From IMG/VR virus record IMGVR_UViG_3300027659_000010: a stretch of DNA of 64,000 nucleotides; one strand, given 5' to 3'. Position 1 is the first letter of the stretch; every line of letters begins with the position of its first letter. Made by a program: the position numbers and the translations under genes. Positions 1-8,880 of the stretch are shown here, piece by piece. The DNA comes from a virus. The notes below the pieces were generated by a model. That model was not told the origin of the DNA. It searched no databases and saw only the letters and a list, made by a program, of their open reading frames with translations.

Positions 1-751
1 CATATTCAACGATCTAGATGAAATGCTTCCGATAGAAGATTTTATAAACGATATCTACGAATTTAAAAATGATCTAGAGTTTGTTATATTCCCTTATCCG
101 TTTATGATAGATAAGTTTATAGATGTTAGCATAAAAAATAATATTCAATGGCCTAACTTAAATGTACAAACTTTATCATACATACAAGATAAACCAAAAC
201 AGGCTATCGCTCAAGGAGTATTTAGATCTATTACCAGCATATTTGGTTCTAATGAGACTAGCGGACCAATTTTTACAGTGGTCATTGATAAATCAAATAT
301 ATATCAGGATTCTGCGATATTTGATCACGTAGATGATTTTTATAAAATCAAAATTTATCAAGGCGGGCTGCTAGGAGTTACCCTGCCAGTATATGATACA
401 GAAATAATAACCAACGATCTTTTTGAGCTACAGGGAGTGTCTTATAGACATAAAGGAAGAAGCGATCTAGTTAAAATTAATGGTGAAGTATTGGACATAA
501 AAATTGTCAATGATTTTAACAATAAAAATACCAACTTATATCTAGTCACAGATACTGTTAAAAATTGTCTATATCTGGCATTTTGGAACAATAAAGATTC
601 GTACATACTTAACGAGTACACTAACTTTTTTAAAAATAATTTCAAACGGATAGAGATAGCAAAGACTGCAGTATTAAATAAACATAAATTCTTAACAGGT
701 ATTAAGATAGATAACGAATTGTTGAGAGAATACTTTAGAAATTATGTTTGA
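1..751 (+). CDS. adenylate-forming (ANL/AMP-binding-like) enzyme, C-terminal part; frame open to window edge
   Basis: FGSNETSGP and KGRSDLVKINGE resemble the YGxTE and GRxDD-IKxxG motifs of AMP-binding enzymes; no stop upstream of ATG 23 in this frame. Confidence 0.45.
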   Translation, partial: IFNDLDEMLPIEDFINDIYEFKNDLEFVIFPYPFMIDKFIDVSIKNNIQWPNLNVQTLSYIQDKPKQAIAQGVFRSITSIFGSNETSGPIFTVVIDKSNIYQDSAIFDHVDDFYKIKIYQGGLLGVTLPVYDTEIITNDLFELQGVSYRHKGRSDLVKINGEVLDIKIVNDFNNKNTNLYLVTDTVKNCLYLAFWNNKDSYILNEYTNFFKNNFKRIEIAKTAVLNKHKFLTGIKIDNELLREYFRNYV

Positions 752-986
752 TAAACATCTCAATTCAAGCAAAGTTACATACCTAGAGCATCTATCCTGG
801 GCGTTGATTTCTGGAATAAGATTAATTTATGCTGGTATGGCTAGTATTATTCACGGAGTATTACCTTCCTTGTTTAACAGCACAGCACCTAGGACAGTTA
901 TTGACATTTATCATTCTCATCTAACAGATCATCCAAATGCAGAATATCAAGATTTAATAGAAAAGGCCAAAAAGAAAAATGATTGA
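744..986 (+). CDS. small DUF6356-like protein
   Basis: H-x5-TYLEH...IHGVLPSLF...TA pattern. Confidence 0.55.
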   Translation: MFDKHLNSSKVTYLEHLSWALISGIRLIYAGMASIIHGVLPSLFNSTAPRTVIDIYHSHLTDHPNAEYQDLIEKAKKKND

Positions 987-1464
987 ATATGTAAGGAACA
1001 TAACAAACTTCTGGGAGGATGATTTAAAAATCCACGAGTTTGCGAGGCAAGTTCCTTTTGTTGCTAAAAATTTTGAGCATTTGGATAGGAAGTTTTATAA
1101 TTCTGGTTATCTATTGCAGAGCTTTAATGACGAATTAGTCAATGCTGAAGGATTTAAAAAAGTGTTAAATGTTGCAGAAGGTTCTGTTAGTTGGACTTGC
1201 ATACTTCCAAATTTAATATTGCCCACGCATTCAGATACATTCTATACCCTACGAGAACAACACAGCATAGACTTAGACAGGTGCTTTAGATATCTAATCT
1301 TTTTAGAAGATTGGACATTTGGGCATCATGCGGGATTTGAAAAACTTAATATAACAAATTGGAAGGCCGGCGACGTTTGGATCTTTGATAGCAAGGAAGC
1401 GCACTACGGTGTTAATGCCAGCAATGTTCCTTTTTATTCATGTCAAGTGAGTTCATTCAAATGA
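979..1464 (+). CDS. 2OG-Fe(II) oxygenase/cupin-fold protein
   Basis: HSD motif, WKAGDVWIFD and distal His (AHYGVN). Confidence 0.55.
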   Translation: MIEYVRNITNFWEDDLKIHEFARQVPFVAKNFEHLDRKFYNSGYLLQSFNDELVNAEGFKKVLNVAEGSVSWTCILPNLILPTHSDTFYTLREQHSIDLDRCFRYLIFLEDWTFGHHAGFEKLNITNWKAGDVWIFDSKEAHYGVNASNVPFYSCQVSSFK

Positions 1465-2201
1465 AATTAGGAATTGCAGGCTACGGTATTGTAGGAAAGG
1501 CCACACACAAAGGTTTACTTAAAAATGGTCCTGTAGTAATACACGATTTATTAACTGGAACAACGATTGAAGATTTATATGTTTGTGATTATGTGTTTTT
1601 TTGTACACCAACTGACACCGATTTGAGTCTACAAGTACTAGTCGATAATATCAAATGTCTTAAGGCTGTTAATCCTAGTTGCAGTATTGTTATTAGAAGT
1701 ACTGTTCCTGTAGGAACCTGTAAATCTATTGCACAAATAATCAATGATAAAATTTACTATATGCCAGAATTCCTGCGTGAACGTATGTGGGAAGAAGATT
1801 GTTACGATCGTCCTATAATTGTAGGTAATGATAACCAAGCAGTCCCTATTTGGTTACGGGGAGAGGAATGTATATTTTGTACATTAGAAGAAGCAGAAGT
1901 TATTAAGATGTTAAGCAACAATATGGCCGCGGCAAGGGTTGTATTTGCAAATCATATGTATGAACTAAGCAAGGCAGCAGGTGCAAATTACGATAACGTA
2001 CTAAATGCATACTTACAGGTTAATCACGATCAACACTATCTAGAAGTAAATGACAACCTGCGAGCATTCGGAGGCAAATGTTTGCCAAAAGATCTAGATT
2101 TTTTAATCAATACCTTTAAGCAGCTAGGTATTCCGCAGACTTATTTTACAGCAATGAAAGAAGACAATCAACTATGGCCAGTAACCGTAAGAAAATCTTA
2201 A
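1461..2201 (+). CDS. UDP-glucose/GDP-mannose dehydrogenase family protein (short form)
   Basis: GYGIVG Rossmann motif, RSTVPVG, PEFLRE, FGGKCLPKD; ATG 1461 overlaps previous stop (ATGA). Confidence 0.85.
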   Translation: MKLGIAGYGIVGKATHKGLLKNGPVVIHDLLTGTTIEDLYVCDYVFFCTPTDTDLSLQVLVDNIKCLKAVNPSCSIVIRSTVPVGTCKSIAQIINDKIYYMPEFLRERMWEEDCYDRPIIVGNDNQAVPIWLRGEECIFCTLEEAEVIKMLSNNMAAARVVFANHMYELSKAAGANYDNVLNAYLQVNHDQHYLEVNDNLRAFGGKCLPKDLDFLINTFKQLGIPQTYFTAMKEDNQLWPVTVRKS

Positions 2202-3064
2202 TCACAGGTGCATGTGGATTAATTGGAAGAGAACTTTGCGATCAACTTAGTCCGTATAATGATGTCACGGCTGTGGATAACAATCAACGTTTTAGTGATT
2301 ATATGCCTAAAAATTGTTCGTATGTAAGATCCAATCTAATTGAATATTTAGATCAATCGTCTAATAAATTTGATATAATCTATCACATGGCCGCAACAAA
2401 TGGCACAACGTATTTTTATAGTCAAGCAAACGATGTGCTAAGAAACAATGTAACACTAGATCTATCCATGTTTAGATTTGCAGAATCTAATCCTGCCTGC
2501 AAATTAATCTATGCAAGCAGCAGTGAAGTTGTAGCAGGCACTACTGTTTTTCCTACACCTGAAATTACAGACATAAATGTTAGCAACATTCACAACCCTC
2601 GTTGGAGTTACATGTTACCTAAAGTAATAGCAGAGAATTATTTGTTTAACAGTAATATTGATTTTTTAGTTATTAGATTTTTTAATGTGTATAGCGAACA
2701 TTCTGGCACTGGCCATTTTGTTAAAGATATTATTGATAAAATTCAAAAGGAAAATTTTGAACTTGTTGGTGCGGACGAAACTCGTTCTTTTTGCTATGTA
2801 AGAGATGCAGTTGATGCAGTGATTAAAATATCAAACTGTAGCAAACAAGTAGTGAATGTTGGCAGTGACGAGGAATTAACTATCTTAGAAGCAGCTAATA
2901 TTATTGCTCAGTCGTTAGGAAAAACTCATATTAAATGGATTACAATCCCTGGGTTATTAGGTAGTGCTAAAAAACGAAAACCTGATATTACAAAATTGAA
3001 AAAATTATTACCAACTTTTTCACCTAGTGCGTTCAGAGAAATAATCAACTCTGTTAAGGATTAA
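2174..3064 (+). CDS. NAD-dependent epimerase/dehydratase (UDP-glucuronate decarboxylase-like)
   Basis: TGACGLIG, YASSSEV, YxxxK (YMLPK), RFFNVY, TRSFCYV. Confidence 0.85.
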   Translation: MASNRKKILITGACGLIGRELCDQLSPYNDVTAVDNNQRFSDYMPKNCSYVRSNLIEYLDQSSNKFDIIYHMAATNGTTYFYSQANDVLRNNVTLDLSMFRFAESNPACKLIYASSSEVVAGTTVFPTPEITDINVSNIHNPRWSYMLPKVIAENYLFNSNIDFLVIRFFNVYSEHSGTGHFVKDIIDKIQKENFELVGADETRSFCYVRDAVDAVIKISNCSKQVVNVGSDEELTILEAANIIAQSLGKTHIKWITIPGLLGSAKKRKPDITKLKKLLPTFSPSAFREIINSVKD

Positions 3065-4154
3065 TTGCGTACATTGGAATAGCGTACTCAACTGAATTAA
3101 AGGTCACTTTCATCCATGAAAGAATTGAACTAACATTTACTTGTCCGCTCGCTCCGCCTGCTACTAGTGCAGGAGCTACTAGTGTCAGTTGTCCATCAGG
3201 ACCAATACTTAATTTTATACTTGGAACTCCAAGTGTAGAAGTAGTCAAAATATTCATTCTACCTGGTAAAACTCCAGGACTTACTACACCTCCAACACTG
3301 GCAGTAATATAGGCTGCTCCGTAAGTGCCACTTCCAGTGCTGCCACCAAATTCTAATGAAAAGATAGCATCATTGTTTATTAATGCAGTTGGACTGCTCG
3401 GTGTTCCCCGGCTTCGCCCCAACACCATTGCTCCAGGTAACCCTTCATCATGATATGTATCAATCTCAAACAAATTAACATTTGACGTGCCTGCAGAAGT
3501 AACTATTTTTATTCCTGTCGTAGCTGGTAGCTGATTAAGTAAAATTCTATTACCGGTGACATCACCTGCGAGATCACCTTCGACATTACCTTCGACATTA
3601 CCAACCAAATTAGCAAATAGTTGATTATCTACAGTAACATCACTGTTGAATACCACAGCAGGTGTGAATGTTATCGCAGATGAATCTGCTGAGTCGATTA
3701 AATTAGTGAATATATTGCCAGTGACATTACCTGTGACATTACCTGTGACATTACCTGTGACATTACCTGTGACATTACCTGTAAGCGGACCAAAAATTTG
3801 TCCCGAAGCAGCATCTATAAGCAGTGTAGAATCTTCGGCAACCACGTTGCCTTTGAAAACTCCTCCTATAGTTCCTGTGTTATTAAGAAGGTCGACCACC
3901 GCAGTTATACTAGCACCTGCATCATTATATGTGAAATTTATACCAGTATGTGGTGCGCCGTTTACAAACAACTGAGCAGCAGCATCTTGTGCGTCTTCAT
4001 TGGTATAGCCAGTGATTTGTACACCACCCAGTGTGCTACCATTACCTATGTATAGTCTTTGATCATCTGTAACATACAGCAGTTCGCCCTGGGCAAGAGC
4101 CTGGGTCATAGCTTGTCTTTGTGCGTTTGTGCCTCTGCGAATCTGTAAGGGCAT
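3054..4154 (-). CDS. tail fibre/virion fibre protein
   Basis: N-terminal LQIRRGT...GEL.YVTD...LYIGNG fibre anchor motif; GNVT repeats. Confidence 0.75.
   Translation of the reverse strand: MPLQIRRGTNAQRQAMTQALAQGELLYVTDDQRLYIGNGSTLGGVQITGYTNEDAQDAAAQLFVNGAPHTGINFTYNDAGASITAVVDLLNNTGTIGGVFKGNVVAEDSTLLIDAASGQIFGPLTGNVTGNVTGNVTGNVTGNVTGNIFTNLIDSADSSAITFTPAVVFNSDVTVDNQLFANLVGNVEGNVEGDLAGDVTGNRILLNQLPATTGIKIVTSAGTSNVNLFEIDTYHDEGLPGAMVLGRSRGTPSSPTALINNDAIFSLEFGGSTGSGTYGAAYITASVGGVVSPGVLPGRMNILTTSTLGVPSIKLSIGPDGQLTLVAPALVAGGASGQVNVSSILSWMKVTFNSVEYAIPMYAINP
3721..3780. repeat. 12-bp tandem repeat (GTGACATTACCT)x5 encoding GNVT repeats
   Basis: directly visible. Confidence 0.95.
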
Positions 4155-4217
4155 ATCTCAACTCCTGGAATTGTTCCTACTAGTATATTTATGTCACGGA
4201 GTTCAGAACATATAGCC

Positions 4218-4246
4218 AAAAAAATAGCACCCGGAGGTGCTATTTT
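4218..4246. terminator. intrinsic terminator, likely bidirectional
   Basis: A-tract ATAGCACC-cgga-GGTGCTAT T-tract. Confidence 0.75.
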
Positions 4247-4295
4247 ACCCTTTTTGTAAAGCGCCTAAGGGCTGGCGCTAAAATAGGACTATGTC

Positions 4296-4901
4296 CTAAT
4301 CTACTGTAGGACCGTTACCGTTCCTAAATCCCACTTCTCCGCCTTCTGCTTCGATGCGTTTAACTACATCTTCAAACAAAATAGGTGCAAAGTCTGGGGT
4401 CTGCTCCACGCATACGCAATGATAACGTGTATCCACCTCATCACTGTATAACACAGTACCTGTTCTAGCTTCAACCCCACGGGCTTTTTTAACACGATTC
4501 CAATGCAGATGTCCGTGTATGTTCACTCCAAATCGGCCCAAGCTAGCTTCGTGTATAGGAATATGGCTCAAGATCATTCCATTCATCACATGATATGCAC
4601 GTAATTCACGGAAGTGTTCTCGATAGTCTGTGTCCTTGAAAATATCATGGTTACCACGGATCAACACCTTGTCACCATTCAAACGATGCAGAATGTTCAA
4701 CGCCTTTCGGTTGATCACCACATCGCCCAAGTGATAGACCTTGTCTGAGGGTTTGACCCGTTCATTCCAGGCCTTGACCATGGCTTCATCCATTTCATCA
4801 GGGTCGTCCCAAGGACGCAATTTTGAGCCATCATCTCGGGTAAAACGGCAAACACCTGTGTGTCCGAAGTGTGTGTCTGATACTAAAAATACGCTGGGCA
4901 T
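4296..4901 (-). CDS. calcineurin-like metallophosphoesterase
   Basis: SDTHFGH, HLGD, GNHD, HGHLH. Confidence 0.9.
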   Translation of the reverse strand: MPSVFLVSDTHFGHTGVCRFTRDDGSKLRPWDDPDEMDEAMVKAWNERVKPSDKVYHLGDVVINRKALNILHRLNGDKVLIRGNHDIFKDTDYREHFRELRAYHVMNGMILSHIPIHEASLGRFGVNIHGHLHWNRVKKARGVEARTGTVLYSDEVDTRYHCVCVEQTPDFAPILFEDVVKRIEAEGGEVGFRNGNGPTVD

Positions 4902-4914
4902 GTATTGCTCCTTT

Positions 4915-5451
4915 CTAAGTTTCGTCTCTCTGCCTGCGAGCTCTACGTTCAGCTGCTAATATAAAGACTTTTTCGTTATCATTGGTCCAATCTTCTGGAA
5001 CCGGCACTCCGTTTATCGAGTGAGGTTCCTGTTCATCGTAGGTCCATCCCAATGCTCGCATCATACGATGCTTGACCAATAGGTTAGGGCTACGAAACGC
5101 TTCAGTGTCTCGGAAGCCTAACATAACACCGATTTCACAAACAGCACCACTGCGACACACGCCGGCATGGCAATGCACAACAACATTCATGCGATTTTCA
5201 AATGCGTATTGCAGTAAGCGCACAAGTTCGTTGGCCTGCTCTTGACTACACCGCATGGCTTCGTCTAAGGCATGATCCTTTTCTTCTATGTCTAAAAACT
5301 GGAATTGATGAACTTCTTTGAATTGATGCTTGGGAGTAGGAAACTCCATGTCAGGATCTACAATTTGGATCAGCATAGAGTTTATACCCGCGTCGATGTG
5401 ATGTCCTTTTGGGATGTCGCTGAGTGCTACGTTCTGTATCCATGGATTCAC
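4915..5451 (-). CDS. CX5R (tyrosine/dual-specificity) phosphatase-like protein
   Basis: VHCHAGVCRS P-loop. Confidence 0.8.
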   Translation of the reverse strand: MNPWIQNVALSDIPKGHHIDAGINSMLIQIVDPDMEFPTPKHQFKEVHQFQFLDIEEKDHALDEAMRCSQEQANELVRLLQYAFENRMNVVVHCHAGVCRSGAVCEIGVMLGFRDTEAFRSPNLLVKHRMMRALGWTYDEQEPHSINGVPVPEDWTNDNEKVFILAAERRARRQRDET

Positions 5452-5452
5452 A

Positions 5453-5875
5453 TCATGCTCCTGTTATTGCAAAAATTTTATTGGCTAACACACGTTCTTT
5501 AGAATAGGCTTCTATCTCCCAAGGTTGGTCGTAGTAGCTTTTGCGTATGTGCTGCCCCATCCAATAGTGTGTTTTACAACTGCGACTGGGCTTAATCTGA
5601 CCACGAGCATACTGTTTGACATGTACCATTTCGTGCGCCAAGGTAATGATCAGTCTTTCAAACTCCAGTCCAGAATCTATGATCATAGTTATAAATTTTG
5701 GACCTACTTTATGCACCACACCTCGCATGCCTTCTTTACGGGCCATTCCTTTTTCAGTCATGATTAACAGAGTGAAACGGCTGCGATTCAATCCCAGTTC
5801 TTTGGCAAAGAAATTCGCGGAAGTTTCTATGATTGATTTGGTAGAACTAGCTCTACCTTCCATGATGATCTGCAT
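5453..5875 (-). CDS. HExxH zinc metallopeptidase-like protein
   Basis: AHEMVHVKQY...PWEIEAY; start moved to ATG 5875, downstream of the promoter. Confidence 0.7.
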   Translation of the reverse strand: MQIIMEGRASSTKSIIETSANFFAKELGLNRSRFTLLIMTEKGMARKEGMRGVVHKVGPKFITMIIDSGLEFERLIITLAHEMVHVKQYARGQIKPSRSCKTHYWMGQHIRKSYYDQPWEIEAYSKERVLANKIFAITGA

Positions 5876-5902
5876 CTGTGGCCTTTGAAGATTGTTTATA
5901 CT

Positions 5903-5931
5903 ATTATACAATCACTATCGCTGTGTGTCAA
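5903..5931 (-). promoter_or_regulatory. sigma70-type promoter
   Basis: TTGACA-17nt-TATAAT. Confidence 0.85.
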
Positions 5932-5932
5932 G

Positions 5933-6006
5933 TGGTGCTCTCAGGTGGTAATGCTCCACCGTTTCTACATTACCAATGTAGTGTAATGCTTTTATACTAT
6001 GAGAGC
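5933..6006 (-). tRNA. tRNA-Thr(GGT), non-canonical T-loop
   Basis: cloverleaf, CTACA-TTGGTAA-TGTAG, T-loop AGCATTA, CCA. Confidence 0.8.
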
Positions 6007-6010
6007 GGCG

Positions 6011-6085
6011 TGGTCCGGCCAGCAGGAATCGAACCCACATTCGCGAGGTAGAAGCTCGCTGTATTATCCATTATACTATGGCCAG
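6011..6085 (-). tRNA. tRNA-Arg(TCT)
   Basis: GCGAG-CTTCTAC-CTCGC, GTTCGA, CCA. Confidence 0.9.
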
Positions 6086-6086
6086 T

Positions 6087-6662
6087 TTAGTCTATTTGAA
6101 TGTCTGCGGCTAATACAAATCTGTATTGAAGGCTCTGTACGATGCCGGGGCGGTGCCACATGTTGCCGGGATAGATCAACCAATTACCGTCTGTGGGGCG
6201 CACAAAATATCTGTCATCAGATTGTGGACCCTCTGGTGCCATCTCTGTACCGCAATAGTCTCGATCTTTAACATCCTCGGGTATGTGTAGATACCAAATA
6301 CCACTGAGTATTTGTGCGGTAGGGGTAGTAGGATGCCAATGATGATGCCAGAGATTATCACGGTTTTCGGCACCCTCGAGATTGGTCATAAAACTCCAGG
6401 CCATCATGTTAGATATTTTGGCTTCACGGCCTAGATACATGAATACACTCATCATAAAACTCACACGGTACTTTAACCATACAGCCTCCGATCTAGCAAA
6501 GATGTTTTCTTTGGTCTGGAACTTAGGTGAATTGGTAAAATAGTTACCGTCGGCAATGATGCCTTTGATAATCTCACAGGCTGCGAGATCATCCTGTTTG
6601 GTTATTAGAGATGAGAAATCGTATTTGCAAGCCTGAGGATTATGATCTATAACTTTCAACAT
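6087..6662 (-). CDS. putative 2OG-Fe(II) oxygenase
   Basis: WHHHWH...LSGIWYL...IYPGNMWH...RFVLA double-stranded beta-helix pattern. Confidence 0.55.
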   Translation of the reverse strand: MLKVIDHNPQACKYDFSSLITKQDDLAACEIIKGIIADGNYFTNSPKFQTKENIFARSEAVWLKYRVSFMMSVFMYLGREAKISNMMAWSFMTNLEGAENRDNLWHHHWHPTTPTAQILSGIWYLHIPEDVKDRDYCGTEMAPEGPQSDDRYFVRPTDGNWLIYPGNMWHRPGIVQSLQYRFVLAADIQID

Positions 6663-6668
6663 ATTATT

Positions 6669-6742
6669 TGGAGCGGGGTAAGAGAATCGAACTCTCCGCT
6701 TTAGCTTGGAAGGCTAAGGTATTACCACTATACGAACCCCGC
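6669..6742 (-). tRNA. tRNA-Gly(TCC)
   Basis: canonical cloverleaf, TCCA end. Confidence 0.95.
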
Positions 6743-6760
6743 ATAGATTTATTTACTCAT

Positions 6761-6835
6761 TGGCCTCACTGCCAGGAATCGAACCTGGATCTAATTCTTA
6801 GGAGGAACTTGTTCTATCCATTGAACCACAGCGAG
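6761..6835 (-). tRNA. tRNA-Arg(CCT)
   Basis: AGTTC-CTCCTAA-GAATT, CCA. Confidence 0.9.
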
Positions 6836-6838
6836 CAA

Positions 6839-7066
6839 TCAGACTTTTTTAAGGTATTCTCGACCTACAGCACCTGACTGCACATCTAACAGTGCGCCAA
6901 CAGGTGCGTTCATCTGAGTCTGTAGTTCAGCTGCTTTGTGTCTGCGACTGAGCTCTCTGGCACGAGCTGATGCTATCAGCACCAAGTCGAATCTATTACC
7001 GCCTACATTTTCCACACATTTTTCTGTGTCAATTTCAGGACCACGACTTAGTGTTTTGTTTTTCAT
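6839..7066 (-). CDS. rpoZ: RNA polymerase omega subunit-like protein
   Basis: CVENVGGNRFDLVLIASARAREL...PVGALLDV matches the omega signature NRF.LVL.A..RAR.L. Confidence 0.8.
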   Translation of the reverse strand: MKNKTLSRGPEIDTEKCVENVGGNRFDLVLIASARARELSRRHKAAELQTQMNAPVGALLDVQSGAVGREYLKKV

Positions 7067-7080
7067 ACATACCTTATAGT

Positions 7081-7154
7081 TGGTTGCGGGACCCGGAATC
7101 GAACCAGGAACTAGAGCTTATGAGACTCTCGAGATACCGTTTCTCTATCCCGCG
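7081..7154 (-). tRNA. tRNA-Met(CAT), initiator-like
   Basis: C1:A72 mismatch, CTCATAA loop; lacks the GGG/CCC anticodon stem. Confidence 0.85.
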
Positions 7155-7160
7155 ATAGTT

Positions 7161-7736
7161 TTAAATCAAGGCTTCAGCTTGCAATACAGCCACTACATCT
7201 TCTGAAAGAGGTATCTCTGTTTTGATGTTAAGTTCTAACACCTCGTCATTGATCTTTTGTTTCTGTTTTTTCAGACTCAACACTTCTGCTTTGGCCTGTG
7301 CAATCTGTTCTAATCCCAGCACCCCTGTGGTCACTGTGTCACTGTAGCCGTAGATACGACTGCGAGTAGATTCGCTCTTGTCGTTGCGGATCTTGTCCAA
7401 CTTGCCTTTGATCACATCTAGTGCAGTGATCTCTGTGGCCTTGGCCAATTCTTCTAGCTGACCTATACGCTTATCTATAAAAGCTGCTTTGGCCAAAGCA
7501 GTGTCGATACCGCTGGCGCTGTTAGCTGTGCCTACTAGGGCACGGATATTGTACAGAGCCATGGTAAGCTTCTGACGGCGACCGTCATTTTCTACCAAGA
7601 CACTATTGGCTTTGGTGATAACGTCCTCGACTGATTGGAACTCATTGATCTCAACAGTGAGATCAATTTTGATGTTCTTAATTGCTTCTGTGATGCTGTT
7701 CTGCACAGCATTTGCTTTTCTCAGTGTGATATTCAT
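7161..7736 (-). CDS. hypothetical coiled-coil protein
   Basis: 191-aa helical ORF with AAAGGA SD. Confidence 0.75.
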   Translation of the reverse strand: MNITLRKANAVQNSITEAIKNIKIDLTVEINEFQSVEDVITKANSVLVENDGRRQKLTMALYNIRALVGTANSASGIDTALAKAAFIDKRIGQLEELAKATEITALDVIKGKLDKIRNDKSESTRSRIYGYSDTVTTGVLGLEQIAQAKAEVLSLKKQKQKINDEVLELNIKTEIPLSEDVVAVLQAEALI

Positions 7737-7744
7737 TTTTTTCC

Positions 7745-8022
7745 TTTTTCAAACAACAATGACGGATCGACGAAAGGTCAAGTAATAGACCGGACAATGG
7801 ACAATGAAGGGTTGTAATCTTCGTTGACAATGTGCAAATAACAATACACAGAGGTCCATATATTTCCGATTAACAAATGACATTCTATTAGAGATCGGAT
7901 CACATAAACACGTTCCAATTTTCAAGGTTGGATTGTAAGTTCGGATTAGGATTGTAGCCTAAACCTATTTGTCTATCCTCTTCTACCCTTCGCTTCACCG
8001 GTCACGTTATTTCTAACGCAAC
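7745..8022 (-). ncRNA. candidate long structured leader/ncRNA
   Basis: about 280 nt non-coding between consensus promoter and gene; repeated ACAAT/ATTGT motifs. Confidence 0.45.
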
Positions 8023-8028
8023 AAAACA

Positions 8029-8057
8029 ATTATAACATGGTCTAGGGTGTTTGTCAA
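8029..8057 (-). promoter_or_regulatory. sigma70-type promoter
   Basis: TTGACA-17-TATAAT. Confidence 0.85.
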
Positions 8058-8073
8058 CACTTATTGGTAAAAT

Positions 8074-8147
8074 TGGTGCCCCGTGACAGAATCGAACTGC
8101 CAACCCCTGATTACAAAACAGGTGTTATACCACTTAACTAACAGGGC
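8074..8147 (-). tRNA. tRNA-Thr(TGT)
   Basis: cloverleaf, CCA. Confidence 0.9.
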
Positions 8148-8164
8148 CTTATAGTATATATCTC

Positions 8165-8238
8165 TGGTGGAGGATGAGAGAATCGAACTCTCAATCTCGA
8201 CTTGCAAAGCCGATGTTATCCCATTTAACTAATCCCCC
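8165..8238 (-). tRNA. tRNA-Ala(TGC)
   Basis: cloverleaf, G3:U70. Confidence 0.95.
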
Positions 8239-8244
8239 GGAATT

Positions 8245-8424
8245 TTATTGTTTGCCTGTGTCGGGCTTGCGACCTTTTTCACGTTTAGGTTGTATGGCTG
8301 CACATAGTTCAGCGTCAATCATAGCACGTTTCCACTGCCCCTTTTGATGTGCATCTTTGAACTTGCCTGTGGCTAAACTGATTTTTAGCAGCGAACTCAT
8401 TCTATAATTTGGACCTGGTTTCAT
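8245..8424 (-). CDS. small basic hypothetical protein (59 aa, MKPGPNYRMSS...)
   Basis: hand-translated ORF with AAGGAA SD; below ORF-track cutoff. Confidence 0.65.
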   Translation of the reverse strand: MKPGPNYRMSSLLKISLATGKFKDAHQKGQWKRAMIDAELCAAIQPKREKGRKPDTGKQ

Positions 8425-8446
8425 ATATTTCCTTTTTAAAAAAAAT

Positions 8447-8536
8447 TGGCGGAAGACCGGGGACTCGAACCCCGAAGACGTTTTAAAGCGACCGACGGTT
8501 TAGCAAACCGCTCCAATACCATTATGGGAGTCTTCC
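8447..8536 (-). tRNA. tRNA-Ser(GCT)
   Basis: long variable arm, GCCA end. Confidence 0.95.
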
Positions 8537-8543
8537 GTATTAC

Positions 8544-8617
8544 TGGTACCTCGTGACAGAATCGAACTGCCGTATCCCACTTGTAAGGAGGGCATTCTAC
8601 CATTAAATTAACGAGGC
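8544..8617 (-). tRNA. tRNA-Val(TAC)
   Basis: cloverleaf, CCA. Confidence 0.9.
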
Positions 8618-8620
8618 ATA

Positions 8621-8789
8621 ACCATTAAAAAATAACATTACACCCTATGGGATGAGACGGATTTCTGAGTGGAGTTCGATTCTCCTCATCAGCCATTGTC
8701 CACGGTTGTTTCAGAAGAGTAAGATGGCCCTATTCTTCATAAGTCTATGCGTCCATAGACGATACCCGCTAATGCTATTTTTTAATGGT
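8621..8789 (-). ncRNA. candidate multi-stem ncRNA closed by a 20-bp stem
   Basis: ACCATTAAAAAATAGCATTA / TAATGTTATTTTTTAATGGT with internal hairpins. Confidence 0.55.
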
Positions 8790-8866
8790 GCCCCCAGCGA
8801 GACTCGAACTCGCACCCGAAGACTGGCTTCTAAGACCAGCGTGTCTACCAATTCCACCACAGGGGC
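8786..8866 (-). tRNA. tRNA-Leu(TAG)
   Basis: cloverleaf, CCA. Confidence 0.95.
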
Positions 8867-8880
8867 CTAACACATCAACT

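Noticed and set aside
3721-3780. Tandem repeats here and at 47407-47551 and 59058-59117 as CRISPR or DGR elements
   Set aside because: In-frame coding repeats without spacers, adenine-specific variation or a reverse transcriptase.
8670-8695. Hammerhead-like CTGATGAG...GAAA on the minus strand
   Set aside because: Base before GAAA is A rather than the pairing C, and no stem I/III with a cleavage triplet was found.
8650-8695. Plus-strand T-arm-like GGAGTTCGATTCTCC...GCCA
   Set aside because: No D or anticodon arms, and it is antisense to the operon; treated as part of the minus-strand RNA.
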